Part shown: one piece after another, positions 20,262-30,179 of the stretch
Layout of the letters: each line of letters opens with the position of its first letter
Position numbering within the stretch: the stretch's first letter is position 1
Source: an uncultured Chloroflexia bacterium
GTDB taxonomy: Bacteria; Chloroflexota; Limnocylindria; Limnocylindrales; CSP1-4
Assembly: GCA_963713975.1 (NCBI GenBank)
Contig: OY970218.1
Location: 1,504,001-1,568,000 of the forward strand
Reading direction: 5' to 3'
DNA: 64,000 nt
Program-made: the position numbers and the translations under genes
The notes under the pieces: generated by a model
The model's database searches: none
What the model was told of the DNA's origin: nothing
The model's input: the letters and a program-made list of their open reading frames with translations, nothing else

Positions 20262-21452
20262 ATGACGGACACCAGGTTCGACGACGCCCGGCCTACGATG
20301 AGCGGCCGGGAACGCGTGCTCACGGCCCTCGACCGTCGGGAGCCGGACCGGGTTCCGATCGAGTTCGGCTCCTCCCAACTCTCGAGCCTGCTGATCGGCC
20401 GGCCGTACGGTTACCGAGCGCTGTGCGAGTACTTGGGGGTGACGGACTATCCCGAGCCCGACATCAACTACTACCTGAACTCGGTGAAGAACATCGACGC
20501 GCGGATCATGCGTCGCTTCGGCGCCGACCTGCGCTGGGTCACGGCCGGCGCTCCGGAGGTCGAGCACCGGCCGGACGGCTCGCTGGTCGATGACTGGGGC
20601 ATGGTCCTCACGCCGACGGGCAACTTCAACGTGGTCGAGGACGCCAACACGCCGCTCCGCAACGCGACCTCGGCCGCGGAGATCGAGGCCTATCCGCTGT
20701 GGCCCGACCTCGACGACCCCCGGATCGCCGCCGGCAAGCGCGAGGAGGCGGCCGCCCATGCCGCCGCCGGCTTCGCCGTGGTCGCATCGCTCGGGCCGGG
20801 CGGGCGCCTGTTCCACACGTACTCCTGGCTGCGCGGTTTCGACTCCTGGCTGATGGACATGTACGACAACCCGCGCCTGTACCACGTCCTCGCCGAGCGC
20901 ATCACCGAGATCGGGATCGGCTACGTCGAGGCGTTCCTGCCATCGGTCGCCGCGGATGCCGACCTCGTCTACATGTCGGATGACCTGGGCACCCAGCAGA
21001 GCCTGTTGATGAGCCCCCAGGCCTACCGGACGTTCTGCAAGCCGTACCACAGCCGCCTGATCGCCGCGATCCGACGTGCCGCGCCGCGCGCGAAGGTCCT
21101 CATGCACTCCTGCGGAGCGATCTCGCAGGTGATCCCGGACCTGATCGAGATCGGCGTGGACGTTCTCAACCCCGTGCAGCCCAAGGCCGTCGGCATGGAA
21201 CCGCTGGTGGTGAAGCGCTCGTTCGGCAGCGAGCTCTCGTTCCTCGGGGGCCTGGACACGCAGGAGCTGCTGCCCTTCGGATCGCCGGAGGAGATCCGCG
21301 ACGGCGTCCGTGCGCTGATCGACGCCTACGCACCGGGCGGGGGATATATCTTCGCCCCCTCGCACGAGATCCTGCCGGAGGTCGAACCGTCGAACATCGT
21401 CGCGATGTTCGACGCGGCCCTCGAATTCGGCTCCCGGCCCGTCGACGGCTGA
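20262..21452 (+). CDS. URO-D/MtaA-CmuA-fold protein 3
   Basis: RERVLTAL..EPDRVP, DDWG, SDDLGTQ, MHSCG, LNPVQP and GGGYIFAPSH. Confidence 0.88.
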   Translation: MTDTRFDDARPTMSGRERVLTALDRREPDRVPIEFGSSQLSSLLIGRPYGYRALCEYLGVTDYPEPDINYYLNSVKNIDARIMRRFGADLRWVTAGAPEVEHRPDGSLVDDWGMVLTPTGNFNVVEDANTPLRNATSAAEIEAYPLWPDLDDPRIAAGKREEAAAHAAAGFAVVASLGPGGRLFHTYSWLRGFDSWLMDMYDNPRLYHVLAERITEIGIGYVEAFLPSVAADADLVYMSDDLGTQQSLLMSPQAYRTFCKPYHSRLIAAIRRAAPRAKVLMHSCGAISQVIPDLIEIGVDVLNPVQPKAVGMEPLVVKRSFGSELSFLGGLDTQELLPFGSPEEIRDGVRALIDAYAPGGGYIFAPSHEILPEVEPSNIVAMFDAALEFGSRPVDG

Positions 21453-21472
21453 GTGGGACGCCGGGCCGGCCG

Positions 21473-22249
21473 TCAGACCATCAGCACCCCGCCGTCGATG
21501 TTGTAGGCCTGGCCGGTCACGACGCTGGCTTCGGGACTGGCGAGGTAGGTCGCGAGAACGGCGATCTCCGCCGGCTCGAGGCGCCGGCCGATCGGAGTCA
21601 GGGCGGCCTCGTACTCGTCGAGCGGCTTGTTGGCCCGCGCCGCGTGGTAGGCCATGTGCCGGTCGTTCGTCCTGGTGTTCACCGGGCCCGGGCAGATGGC
21701 ATTCACCGTGACGCCCTGTCCGGCGGTCTCGATGGCCAGCGTGCGGGTCAGCCCGAGCAGGCCGTGCTTGCTCGCCGAGTAGGCGGCCCCATGGAAGGTC
21801 CCGATCTTGCCGGCGATCGACGCGACCTGGATGATCCGGCCGTGACGGCGCTCGATCATGGGCCCCACGGCGTACTTGCTGAGCAGGTACGGTACGGTCA
21901 GGTTCACGTACAGCGTGAGGTCCCAGAAGGCGTCGTCGTAGTCCACGATCGGCCGAGGGTTGGCGCTGCTCCCGACCCCGGCGTTGTTGACGAGGATGTC
22001 GATCCGCCCGAGCTCCGCGACCGTGACATCGAACACCTGCCGGGCTGCGCCGGGCTCCGCGAGGTCGGCCGTCACGGTCACGCATCTGCCGCCCTCGCGC
22101 TCGATCTCCCGCCGTGCGGACTCCAACCCCTCGCCGTCCCGGGCGGTGAGCATCACGGCCGCGCCTTCCGACGCGAACGCCAGTCCGATTGCGCGGCCGA
22201 TGCCCCGGCTGGCTCCGGTCACGAGGGCGACCTGGTCGGTGAGGATCAC
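21473..22249 (-). CDS. SDR family NAD(P)-dependent oxidoreductase
   Basis: TGASRGIG, NNAG and YSASK. Confidence 0.92.
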   Translation of the reverse strand: MILTDQVALVTGASRGIGRAIGLAFASEGAAVMLTARDGEGLESARREIEREGGRCVTVTADLAEPGAARQVFDVTVAELGRIDILVNNAGVGSSANPRPIVDYDDAFWDLTLYVNLTVPYLLSKYAVGPMIERRHGRIIQVASIAGKIGTFHGAAYSASKHGLLGLTRTLAIETAGQGVTVNAICPGPVNTRTNDRHMAYHAARANKPLDEYEAALTPIGRRLEPAEIAVLATYLASPEASVVTGQAYNIDGGVLMV

Positions 22250-22408
22250 GATGCTCTCCCGGCTATGCGGCCATGCGTCTGGACCGGCAATCCGTGGCCG
22301 GAGTGCCGCCGGTCGCCGCCCGGGCCGCAACCGCGCCCGGGCACCGGCCGTTATCGATCGAGCGCCCTCGGCTTCGCGGCGACGAGGCACCTCGGTCGAG
22401 ACGCGGGC

Positions 22409-23587
22409 TCACTCGCCGTAGGCCCCGAACTCGCGGCCCGCTGCCGCGAACGCCTCGATGTTCTCGTAGGGCGTCCCGTCGAAGAAGAAGTCCGTCGTCG
22501 ACAGGATGAGGTTGCCACGCTGCCTGGTTGCGCCCAACACGCCGCGCACACGCTCCCGCACCTGCACGGGGGTGGCGTTCACCATGAAGTCGACCTGGTC
22601 GATGTTGCCGCGCAGCGCCATGTCGGGCCTCAGGATCCGCAGCGCCTCGTCGAGATCGACGTCGCCGAAGGGTGGCGTGACGAGGTAGCCGAGACAGTCG
22701 ATGTCCATCTCGTTGTAGAGGGGCAGGATCCGGGCCGCCGTGCCGCAGTTGTGGTAGATGACCGGTGCACCAGCCTCGTGGATGGCCCCGATGACGCGTT
22801 GCTCGTATGCCATCACGTGGTCCCTGAAGAACCGCGGGCCGACCGAGCTGCCAGCCAGGTTCCCGCCGAGCTCGACAACGTCCGCTCCGGCGTCGGTGAA
22901 GCGCTGGTTGCGCCGGACGACCCAGCCGACGATGAAGTCCATCAACTCGCGATAGAACCCGTCGTCCTCCATCGGATCCGCCATCAGCTGCTCGACGTTG
23001 CGGAACACCGCGGCCTGGTTGAAGGCGCCATTCGTGCACGTCGCGACGAGCCCGCGATCGCCGGTCGCGGCGCGTGCCCTGCGGATCAGGCCGCAGTCCA
23101 TCGCGTCGGCCGGCGGCATGTACCTCTGGAGCAGGTCGAGGTCCCTCGGCTCCTTGATGATGTACTCCTCGGGCGCGCAGACGATGAGGTGCTTCGACGT
23201 GCGCTGGTAGACCTCGACGAGGCGAAGCTGCCCGCCGGGCGTCTCGATGACCACCGTACGGCGCGTGTCGTCGCCGCGCCGCTCGTCGGTGATGTGCACG
23301 TCCCAGCCGTCCTGGGCGTGAAGGATGGTGCCGTCGGCCTGGGTGCTCCGCGCGGCCCAGAAGTCCCATACCGAGCCCAGCGAATGCAGCACGTCGAAGC
23401 CGAAGTGGTCGCAGTACTCGACGAACTTCTCGATGACGTCGAAGTCGGGCGGATCGAAGAACGTGTCGATCTTGGGCACGTAGTCGAACATCTCGTAGAC
23501 CGCGTTGTGGTACAGGAACGGGGCAATCGGGACCCTGTCCGCCCGTTCCCCGCGCAGCGTGCGAAGGAGTCGCTCGCGGCCGTTCAT
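22409..23587 (-). CDS. URO-D/MtaA-CmuA-fold protein 4
   Basis: RERLLRTL..ADRVPIAP, IETPGG, IYHNCG, GNIDQ and LILSTTD; GGAGG RBS. Confidence 0.85.
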   Translation of the reverse strand: MNGRERLLRTLRGERADRVPIAPFLYHNAVYEMFDYVPKIDTFFDPPDFDVIEKFVEYCDHFGFDVLHSLGSVWDFWAARSTQADGTILHAQDGWDVHITDERRGDDTRRTVVIETPGGQLRLVEVYQRTSKHLIVCAPEEYIIKEPRDLDLLQRYMPPADAMDCGLIRRARAATGDRGLVATCTNGAFNQAAVFRNVEQLMADPMEDDGFYRELMDFIVGWVVRRNQRFTDAGADVVELGGNLAGSSVGPRFFRDHVMAYEQRVIGAIHEAGAPVIYHNCGTAARILPLYNEMDIDCLGYLVTPPFGDVDLDEALRILRPDMALRGNIDQVDFMVNATPVQVRERVRGVLGATRQRGNLILSTTDFFFDGTPYENIEAFAAAGREFGAYGE

Positions 23588-23659
23588 CCCGTCCTCCACT
23601 GGCATCGGTCAGGCTGTGGGTGTGTGCTCGGGCATCAGCGGCGGATCCGCGCCGAGCCG

Positions 23660-24310
23660 CGCGACCCGAACGCGTCGCCTCCGCCGACCCGGTCGTACAC
23701 GTCCGTCTTGCGTGTCGGGGTCACGTACGCCTCGCCCCCCACCCTGCGACTGCCATCCACTCGTGGCGGTTGGCCGAGCGCACGTCGCGGAGCGTCGTTG
23801 CAGCCACCTTCAGCCTGGGAAACCGCCCCAGGAGCCGGTCCATCATCTCCAGGTACCGCCCCGGATCGAGCGCCGACCCGGCTGCGGCGACCGGCCGGGA
23901 TGCCCAGCCCCTTCTGGAGTTCCTCCGCGTTGCCCACGAGCACGTCCGCGCACTCCGCGATCCTGGCCGAGTACTGAGGTGGCTTCCCGTCCACCTTCCG
24001 CCGCCCATAGCCTCTCCCGGTAGTCTACGTCGAACGACACGACGGCTCCGGCCGCCGTGGCAGCCTGCATGCCTACCACGATCAGGTCGGCCGGCGTCTC
24101 GGACAGTGCCGCGAAGATGCCCCCACTGTGGAACCAGCGCACGCCCTGGGTGAAGATGGCATGCCAGTCGACGTCGCCCGGTCGGAGGCGTGCCGCGGGC
24201 CTCTTTCGCACGGTTGTCGAAGACGACCGGCGCGCGCACGCCGTACCCGAGGTCGCTGCAGACGGCGGTGATGTTCGGGCCTTTGACCCCGTCCTACGCG
24301 AAGTGGCGAT
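23660..24310 (-). pseudogene. fragmented PfkB sugar kinase (2-keto-3-deoxygluconate kinase-like)
   Basis: Pieces in different frames: DGVKGPN..GVRAPVV.DNRA, WFHSGGIFAALSE..SFDVDYRERLW, DVLVGNAEELQKGLG, ATTLRDV and DRVGGGDAF. In-frame TAG near 24294; N-terminus missing. Confidence 0.85.
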
Positions 24311-24392
24311 GCTCATCGTTCGCTCCGAGCCCTTGGTGTCCCGCGCGCCCCGCGCCCGGCAAGCCCGGCCGCCGTTCATGAGGCGGCGGCGG

Positions 24393-24782
24393 TCAGTCCG
24401 CTGCCTCGACCGCCTCGTCGGGCGAGTCCTGGTTGGGGGCGACGATCGACAGCCAGGCGAGCGGCTCGGGACCGGTCGGCTGGATCCGGTGGACGACGCC
24501 GCGCGGCACGTAGACCAGGCTTCCCGGCCCGGCCACGAAGTCAGGCTCGCTGCCGACGGTGAACGTCCCGCGCCCTTCCACGACCAGCATCGCCTCGTCC
24601 GCCTGGGGGTGTCGATGCGGTCGGTGGGGCTCCTCGCCGAACGGCATCCGGAGCAGCACGACCCGAAGCGCGCCGGAGGCCGCGAGCATAGCCCTCTGTC
24701 CGCCCAGCTCGAGCTTGCGCAGGATCTCGCCCGTATCGAGCACCGTGGCGTTCTGCGCCTCGTCAGCGGACACGTAGGGCAC
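24393..24782 (-). CDS. cupin domain protein
   Basis: HRHPQADE...VVEG.G and VPRGVVHRI metal motifs. Confidence 0.88.
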   Translation of the reverse strand: MPYVSADEAQNATVLDTGEILRKLELGGQRAMLAASGALRVVLLRMPFGEEPHRPHRHPQADEAMLVVEGRGTFTVGSEPDFVAGPGSLVYVPRGVVHRIQPTGPEPLAWLSIVAPNQDSPDEAVEAAD

Positions 24783-24842
24783 GGAGGGCTTCCTCTCTGG
24801 TCAGGGGCCTGTCGTCGTAGGGTTGACCGGACATGCGACGTG

Positions 24843-25964
24843 TCATGTCTGCACGAGCGTCGGGGTCTGGGCGACGATCCCGCGTGCGATGGGCAATCGG
24901 ACTGGGGCACCGTCGGCCTGCGACCGGTAGATCGCCGCCGCGATCTCCACGGACTTGCGGCCTTCCTCACCGGGCACGAGCGGCGGGCGCCCTTCGCGCG
25001 CGGCAGTCAGGAAGTCCTCGACCTGGGCCCGGTGGTAGTGGGTCATGACGTCGATCCGCGAAGTCCGCTCCCGGTCCTCGCGCTGCCATCCGGGCAGCAG
25101 GTCCTCCTCGCCGGTGATCGTCCAGATGTCGTTGACCGGTGGCTCCACAGCAGCGGTGACGCCGGCGATGAACGCGGACCCGGTCTCGGTCTCGACCCCG
25201 ACGGACGCACCGTTCTCGCCGTGGATGTGGATCCGGCCGAACAGGCCCGGCTTCTGGGAGTTACTCACGACGATGGAGCCGAGCGCCTGCCCCCGGAACC
25301 GGAGCACGGCGATGGCCGTGTCCTCGACCTCGATGTAGGGGTGATTGAGGTTCGCGCAGTACCCGAACACCTCCTCAACGGGGCCCATGAGCCACTGGAG
25401 AAGATCGAGGTGGTGGGTCACCTGGTTGACGAGGATGCCTCCTCCTTCTCCGGCCCAGGTGCCGCGCCACGGGTCGGCGGCGTAGTAGTCCTCGCCACGC
25501 CAGCCGAGCACGGTCGCGGTACCCAGGATCGGTCGGCCGACCTTGCCTTGCAGGATCGCCTCCCGTAGCCGCACCACCGGCTCGTACAGCCGCCGCTGGC
25601 TGACTACGCCCAGGAGCACGCTGTTCGCGGAGGCCGTTCGAATCATGGCATCGCATTCGTCCACGGTGAGTGCCATGGGCTTCTCGACGAGCACGTGCCG
25701 CCCGGACTCTGCGACGCGGATCGCCAGCCCGGCATGCGTGGGATGGGGAGTACAGATGCTGACCATCCGCACGCGGTCGTCGTCCAGGAGGGCGTCGATA
25801 CTGGTGTGCGCCCGGACCTCGTACCGGTTGGCGAACGCGGTCGCCCGCGCGGCGTCGGTGTCGAGGACGGCCAGGAACCGGGAACCCGGCAGGGACGCCA
25901 AGGCGTCGGCGTGAGCCGACGCGACCTTGCCCGTGCCGATGACGGCCGTGCCCACGCGCTCCAC
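24843..25964 (-). CDS. Gfo/Idh/MocA family oxidoreductase
   Basis: IGTGKVA, ICTPHPTH, HVLVEKPMA and GGGILVNQVTHHLD. Confidence 0.93.
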   Translation of the reverse strand: MERVGTAVIGTGKVASAHADALASLPGSRFLAVLDTDAARATAFANRYEVRAHTSIDALLDDDRVRMVSICTPHPTHAGLAIRVAESGRHVLVEKPMALTVDECDAMIRTASANSVLLGVVSQRRLYEPVVRLREAILQGKVGRPILGTATVLGWRGEDYYAADPWRGTWAGEGGGILVNQVTHHLDLLQWLMGPVEEVFGYCANLNHPYIEVEDTAIAVLRFRGQALGSIVVSNSQKPGLFGRIHIHGENGASVGVETETGSAFIAGVTAAVEPPVNDIWTITGEEDLLPGWQREDRERTSRIDVMTHYHRAQVEDFLTAAREGRPPLVPGEEGRKSVEIAAAIYRSQADGAPVRLPIARGIVAQTPTLVQT

Positions 25965-26020
25965 GGTCCGGTCCTCAGGCTTGTCTGGTCCGCGACGGGA
26001 CGCAGGTCCCGATTCGGTCG

Positions 26021-27151
26021 TCAGGACGACGGGCCAACGAACAGGCCCTCCGTCTTGTCCGTGCCCTCGGGGACCACGTCGATATCGAGCATCACGGCCC
26101 CGCGTGGAAGGCTCGTGGTGAGAAGCGAGACCTCCCGCTCGGTGAGCACGCCGAGCACGATCAGCGGCTTCCTCGAGGCGATAGCCTGCAGCCTCGGCAC
26201 GAGCTCCTCGATAGACGGACCCGTGGGGTCGATCGTCATCTCGATGGCCCCAAGGGCCGGGATGTCGAGACCCCACTCCGCGAGATTGCCGTAGGAGTGG
26301 GTGTGGAGCACGTGGAAGTCGAAGGCATTCACGACGGCGGTCATGGAGGGAAGCAGGAACTCCCGGAAGACCGGATACGAGACGTTCACCGCGTAGTCTT
26401 CCTGCATCCGGATGGTGGTCCCGGGACTCCACAGCCCGTACTGGTTGCAGTAGCCGCCGGCCAGCGTCGGGAGCGCCTCGAGCTGGACGCGCGCCCAGTG
26501 GATGTACAGGTCCGTGATCTGGCCGAGCAGCGACCGGATCTCGCGCGGGTGGTCGTAGAACCCGATGTAGCAGCGCTCAACCCCCATCGCCGCGATCAGG
26601 AGGTCGCCGGGACCCCTGCTGATCATGTCCAGGGTGGGGATGCACTGGGCCGGGTAGTAGGTATCCACGATGTGGGCGAGGAAGTCCAGCAGTTTGTCGA
26701 GCCACTCCATCCGCGGGCTGAACCCCTGGTTCGGCTGGGCGAACCAGTCGTCACCCAAATACTCGACCGGCCACACGGTCTGGGAGACGGTCGACACCTG
26801 CATCCCGCAACCCGTGATGCCCACGAGCCACGGCACGCGGTGATACGGAAAGAGCGTGTTGAACGTCCCGCGGCCCCGGGTCGGCGACCCGGTGGCCGGC
26901 ACGATGGGTCGCGGCTGGAGCTCCTCGGGCAACACCGCATCGGGCTCCAGGAGCAGTCCATCGCACTCGGACCACGCGTCCGGGAGCGCCGGCACGTGAC
27001 GGAACCGTTGGGCCAGGCCGCAGTCGTCGTTGACGATCGCGTGCTCGGCCCGGCGCTCCCACCAGCTCCCGTGGAGGTCGATCAGGTCCCGGTCCGTCAC
27101 TGCCGAGGAGCGCCGTGTGTGTGCCCCGGGCTCGGGGGCGGCCGGGCTCAT
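26021..27151 (-). CDS. URO-D/MtaA-CmuA-fold protein 5 (divergent)
   Basis: RGPGDLL..MG, QEDYAVNVS..FREFLLP, VLHTHS and IEMTIDP; start uncertain (27100 or 27151). Confidence 0.7.
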   Translation of the reverse strand: MSPAAPEPGAHTRRSSAVTDRDLIDLHGSWWERRAEHAIVNDDCGLAQRFRHVPALPDAWSECDGLLLEPDAVLPEELQPRPIVPATGSPTRGRGTFNTLFPYHRVPWLVGITGCGMQVSTVSQTVWPVEYLGDDWFAQPNQGFSPRMEWLDKLLDFLAHIVDTYYPAQCIPTLDMISRGPGDLLIAAMGVERCYIGFYDHPREIRSLLGQITDLYIHWARVQLEALPTLAGGYCNQYGLWSPGTTIRMQEDYAVNVSYPVFREFLLPSMTAVVNAFDFHVLHTHSYGNLAEWGLDIPALGAIEMTIDPTGPSIEELVPRLQAIASRKPLIVLGVLTEREVSLLTTSLPRGAVMLDIDVVPEGTDKTEGLFVGPSS

Positions 27152-27217
27152 GGCAGCAAGGGCGGGACGTCGCGGCCTGTCCGCCACGCGCCCTGCGACT
27201 CGAGTCCCCGCGACCGC

Positions 27218-27952
27218 CTAGCCGCCATCGGACGGCCGATCCGAGGGCAACGGCATCGCCGGCTGCTGGTAGCGCTGCCGCCCGTTCTCGAGGTGACGGA
27301 CCATCGCCTGCTGGGCGACCACCGGATCGCGCTGGAGGATCGCCTCGGCGACCTTCTTGAGATCGATCATGCCGAGCACCTCCCACTCGGGCCTCTGGCC
27401 GGTCATCACGCGGCTCTCGGTGAGCGCGGCACCGAGGCTCGCGACGATGGCCAAGAGGAGGGGGTTGTGCGCGGCAGTCACGATGAGTGAGTGGAGCCTG
27501 ACGTCCCGCGCCCGAATGGCGTCGGGATCCACGTCGTCAGCGGGAAAGGCCGCCAGCCAGTCTGCCACCTCGTCACGCTCGAGATCGGTCGCCCGTTCGG
27601 CGGCGAACGCGGCCGCGGATCCCTCCAGCAGCTCCCGGACCTCGAACAGCCAGTCGAGTCCGCCCTTGCTCGCGAGGAGCACCCTTGCCGGGCGGAGGAG
27701 GGGCCGAGCCTCGAAGTCGAGCACATAGGTGCCATCGCCCTGCCTCGACTCCAGGATTCCCACCATGGTCAGAGCTCGGATCGCTTCCCGAAGCGTCGGC
27801 CTGCTCACGCCGAGCTTGGCTCCGAGCTCACGCTCTGACGGTAGCTTCTGCCCGGGCTCGAGACGGCCCTCGATGATGAGGCGCTCGATCTGGTCGACGG
27901 TGTGGTCGGCGAGACCGCTCCGGTCGACCGTCGTGAATGGCTCAGTGGCCAT
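27218..27952 (-). CDS. FadR/GntR family transcriptional regulator
   Basis: PGQKLPSERELG..LGVSRPTLREA and GDGTYV; FCD domain with AAHNPLL. Confidence 0.93.
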   Translation of the reverse strand: MATEPFTTVDRSGLADHTVDQIERLIIEGRLEPGQKLPSERELGAKLGVSRPTLREAIRALTMVGILESRQGDGTYVLDFEARPLLRPARVLLASKGGLDWLFEVRELLEGSAAAFAAERATDLERDEVADWLAAFPADDVDPDAIRARDVRLHSLIVTAAHNPLLLAIVASLGAALTESRVMTGQRPEWEVLGMIDLKKVAEAILQRDPVVAQQAMVRHLENGRQRYQQPAMPLPSDRPSDGG

Positions 27953-27974
27953 CAATGGTGCTCCGCTGGGCAGA

Positions 27975-28015
27975 TGGCCAAATGGCTTGACCTTTTGCTG
28001 GGCCGAACCTACCAT
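27975..28015 (+). promoter_or_regulatory. sigma70-type promoter TTGACC-N17-TACCAT with operator-like 18-mer
   Basis: Twin of 18893-18933, lying in the divergent FadR/SDR intergenic region. Confidence 0.7.
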
Positions 28016-28066
28016 CAGGCGGCGTCCCCCGTCAACTGTCACAAGCAGCGCAGATTCTGATATTGC

Positions 28067-28088
28067 ATCAGATACGATATGTCGTATT
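28067..28088. promoter_or_regulatory. GntR-type operator-like site
   Basis: ATCAGATACGAT, also at 45115, overlapping the dyad ATACGA-TATG-TCGTAT. Confidence 0.55.
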
Positions 28089-28202
28089 GTTGCGGAACGG
28101 AGACGGCCCACGTCGCAGAGCGGGGCCATCAGGAGGGTCAGCCGTGCTAATGCGCAATGACCAACCATCGGCGGGCATCCCGTCGGGACAGGTGCGCGCG
28201 GC

Positions 28203-29030
28203 ATGAGCGGTCCGGGGCCGCAGCCCGGCCTCTTCAGGCTTGATGGGCGGGTTGCCGTCGTGACCGGCGCGGCCTCCGGCCTGGGGCACTCGATCGCCGC
28301 CGGCCTCGCCTCCTTCGGCGCCATCGTGGTCGGTGGCGACATCAACGAAGCTGGTCTCGAGGCCACCGTGCAGCGGGTCCGGGCCCATGGTGGCACCGCG
28401 GTCGGCCTTCACTGCGACGTGGCCGACGAGGTCTCGGTCGAGGCCATGTTCGCTCGGGTGGACAGCGAATTCGGGCGCGTGGACATCCTCATCAATGACG
28501 CCTTCACGCCACCGATCCGCGTTGTCCCCGAGACATTCGGACTGGACGACTGGGAGCGGTCATTGCGCGTCAATCTGACCGGCTATTTCCTGTGTGCCCG
28601 CGCGGCCGGGAGGCGGATGATCGAGCAGGGCCAGGGCGGCAGCGTCGTGAACATCAGCTCCATCGCCGGGAGCTCCGGGATGGGGCGAGGCAACTTCGTC
28701 TACTCGGTGGCGAAGCACGGGGTGATCGGGCTGACTCGTGAACTGGCGGTCGAGTGGGCGAGGCACGGGATCCGCGTCAATGCCGTCCAACCAAGCCAGT
28801 TCCTGACACCGGCCCTCAAGGCATGGATCGATGGCCAGTCAGACCCGGAGGCATTCACCAAACACCTCCTTCGAGGTGTCCCGCTCGATCGCCTCGGCGA
28901 CCCGGACCTGGACATGGTCGGGCCGGTCGTATTCCTTGCATCTGACGCGGCCGCGATGGTCACCGGCGTCGTGCTTCCCGTGGATGGTGGCAACCTCGCT
29001 TTCAATGCAGGAGGCAGCAAGCTGTGGTAG
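28203..29030 (+). CDS. SDR oxidoreductase (gluconate 5-dehydrogenase-like)
   Basis: TGAASGLG, YSVAK and LAVEWA..GIRVNA. Confidence 0.9.
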   Translation: MSGPGPQPGLFRLDGRVAVVTGAASGLGHSIAAGLASFGAIVVGGDINEAGLEATVQRVRAHGGTAVGLHCDVADEVSVEAMFARVDSEFGRVDILINDAFTPPIRVVPETFGLDDWERSLRVNLTGYFLCARAAGRRMIEQGQGGSVVNISSIAGSSGMGRGNFVYSVAKHGVIGLTRELAVEWARHGIRVNAVQPSQFLTPALKAWIDGQSDPEAFTKHLLRGVPLDRLGDPDLDMVGPVVFLASDAAAMVTGVVLPVDGGNLAFNAGGSKLW

Positions 29031-29056
29031 CGACAGCGGGCGGCGACGGAGCCACG

Positions 29057-30031
29057 ATGAACGCCTCCCGTCGTGGTCGTACTCGCGAGGCTCTCGGCCG
29101 CGTTTCCCGCGTGCCGGAGATGGGCCTGCTGGTGCTGGTATTGGTGACATTCACCAGCTTCTCGCTGATCAACGGCGGGTTTGCGAGCGGCCCGAACATC
29201 CAATCCCTGTTCATCACGATCGTCTACACGGGGATCGTCGCGGTCGGCGAGGCCATCCTCCTCATCTCAGGCGAGTTCGATCTCTCGGTCGGCTCGGTGG
29301 CGGGCATGGGTGGGATTGTCGCTGGCCTGCTGATGGCCACCGTCGGGTTGCCCGTACCCGTGGCGATGGCCGGGGCGGTCCTCGCGGGTGCGCTGGTCGG
29401 GCTTGCGAACGGCCTCCTGACGGTGAAGATCGGGATCCCGGCATTTGTCACCACCTTGAGCATGCTGTTCGTCGCCAAAGGCATCGGCTACGTGCTCAGC
29501 GGAGGCGATCCCGTCTATCCGCTGCCGGAGGGAGTCGGCACACTCGCCCGGACGGACATCCTCGGGCTGCCATCCTCCATCTGGGTCTTCTTGGCGATCG
29601 TCCTGGTCGCGGACCAGACGATGCGGCACACGACGTGGGGTCGGATGATCTATGCCACGGGCGGCAATCGGCTCACGACCCGCCTCGCGGGCATCAGCAC
29701 GGACCGCGTCAAGATCATCGCCTTCACCCTCTGTGGATCGCTGGCGAGCTTCGCCGGGGTCGTGCTGGTGAGCCGCCTCCAGCGAGCAGACGCGTCCAAT
29801 GGTCTGGGCTGGGAGCTCAACGTGATCGCCGCTTGCGTCGTCGGCGGCGTGGCGCTCGGCGGAGGGGTCGGGACCATCGCCGGCGCGTTCCTTGGTCTGG
29901 TACTCCTGCAGGGCGTTGTCCAGGGCCTCGTGATCATCGGCGTGGACTCGTCACTCCAGCCCGTCGTGGCAGGGGTCGTCCTCGTTGCGGCGGTCGGTTT
30001 CGACGCCTATCGACGGCGCCGGTTCGCGTGA
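29057..30031 (+). CDS. sugar ABC transporter permease (RbsC-like)
   Basis: GEFDLSVGS, IPAFVTTL, GRMIYATGGN and WELNVIAACVVGG. Confidence 0.93.
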   Translation: MNASRRGRTREALGRVSRVPEMGLLVLVLVTFTSFSLINGGFASGPNIQSLFITIVYTGIVAVGEAILLISGEFDLSVGSVAGMGGIVAGLLMATVGLPVPVAMAGAVLAGALVGLANGLLTVKIGIPAFVTTLSMLFVAKGIGYVLSGGDPVYPLPEGVGTLARTDILGLPSSIWVFLAIVLVADQTMRHTTWGRMIYATGGNRLTTRLAGISTDRVKIIAFTLCGSLASFAGVVLVSRLQRADASNGLGWELNVIAACVVGGVALGGGVGTIAGAFLGLVLLQGVVQGLVIIGVDSSLQPVVAGVVLVAAVGFDAYRRRRFA

Positions 30032-30179
30032 ACCTGCAGTCAATGGTCCCACGGGACCAGATCGACCCGTCCACATCCGGTAAGGAGGTGCCTCGGCGAC
30101 ACTCTCGGTGCTAAGAGGGAGTGCCCGATCGGGCCACCCGCGGTTGTGAACTAGTCAGGAATGGCCATTGGAGGAGCGC

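Noticed and set aside
24294-24296. In-frame TAG as pyrrolysine readthrough near methyltransferases
   Set aside because: It lies in a multiply frameshifted kinase remnant, not in a methyltransferase; no pyl genes.
15353-27151. URO-D-fold genes as hemE (heme synthesis)
   Set aside because: They lack the HemE RQAGR motif, there are no hem genes, and they are linked to a corrinoid protein.
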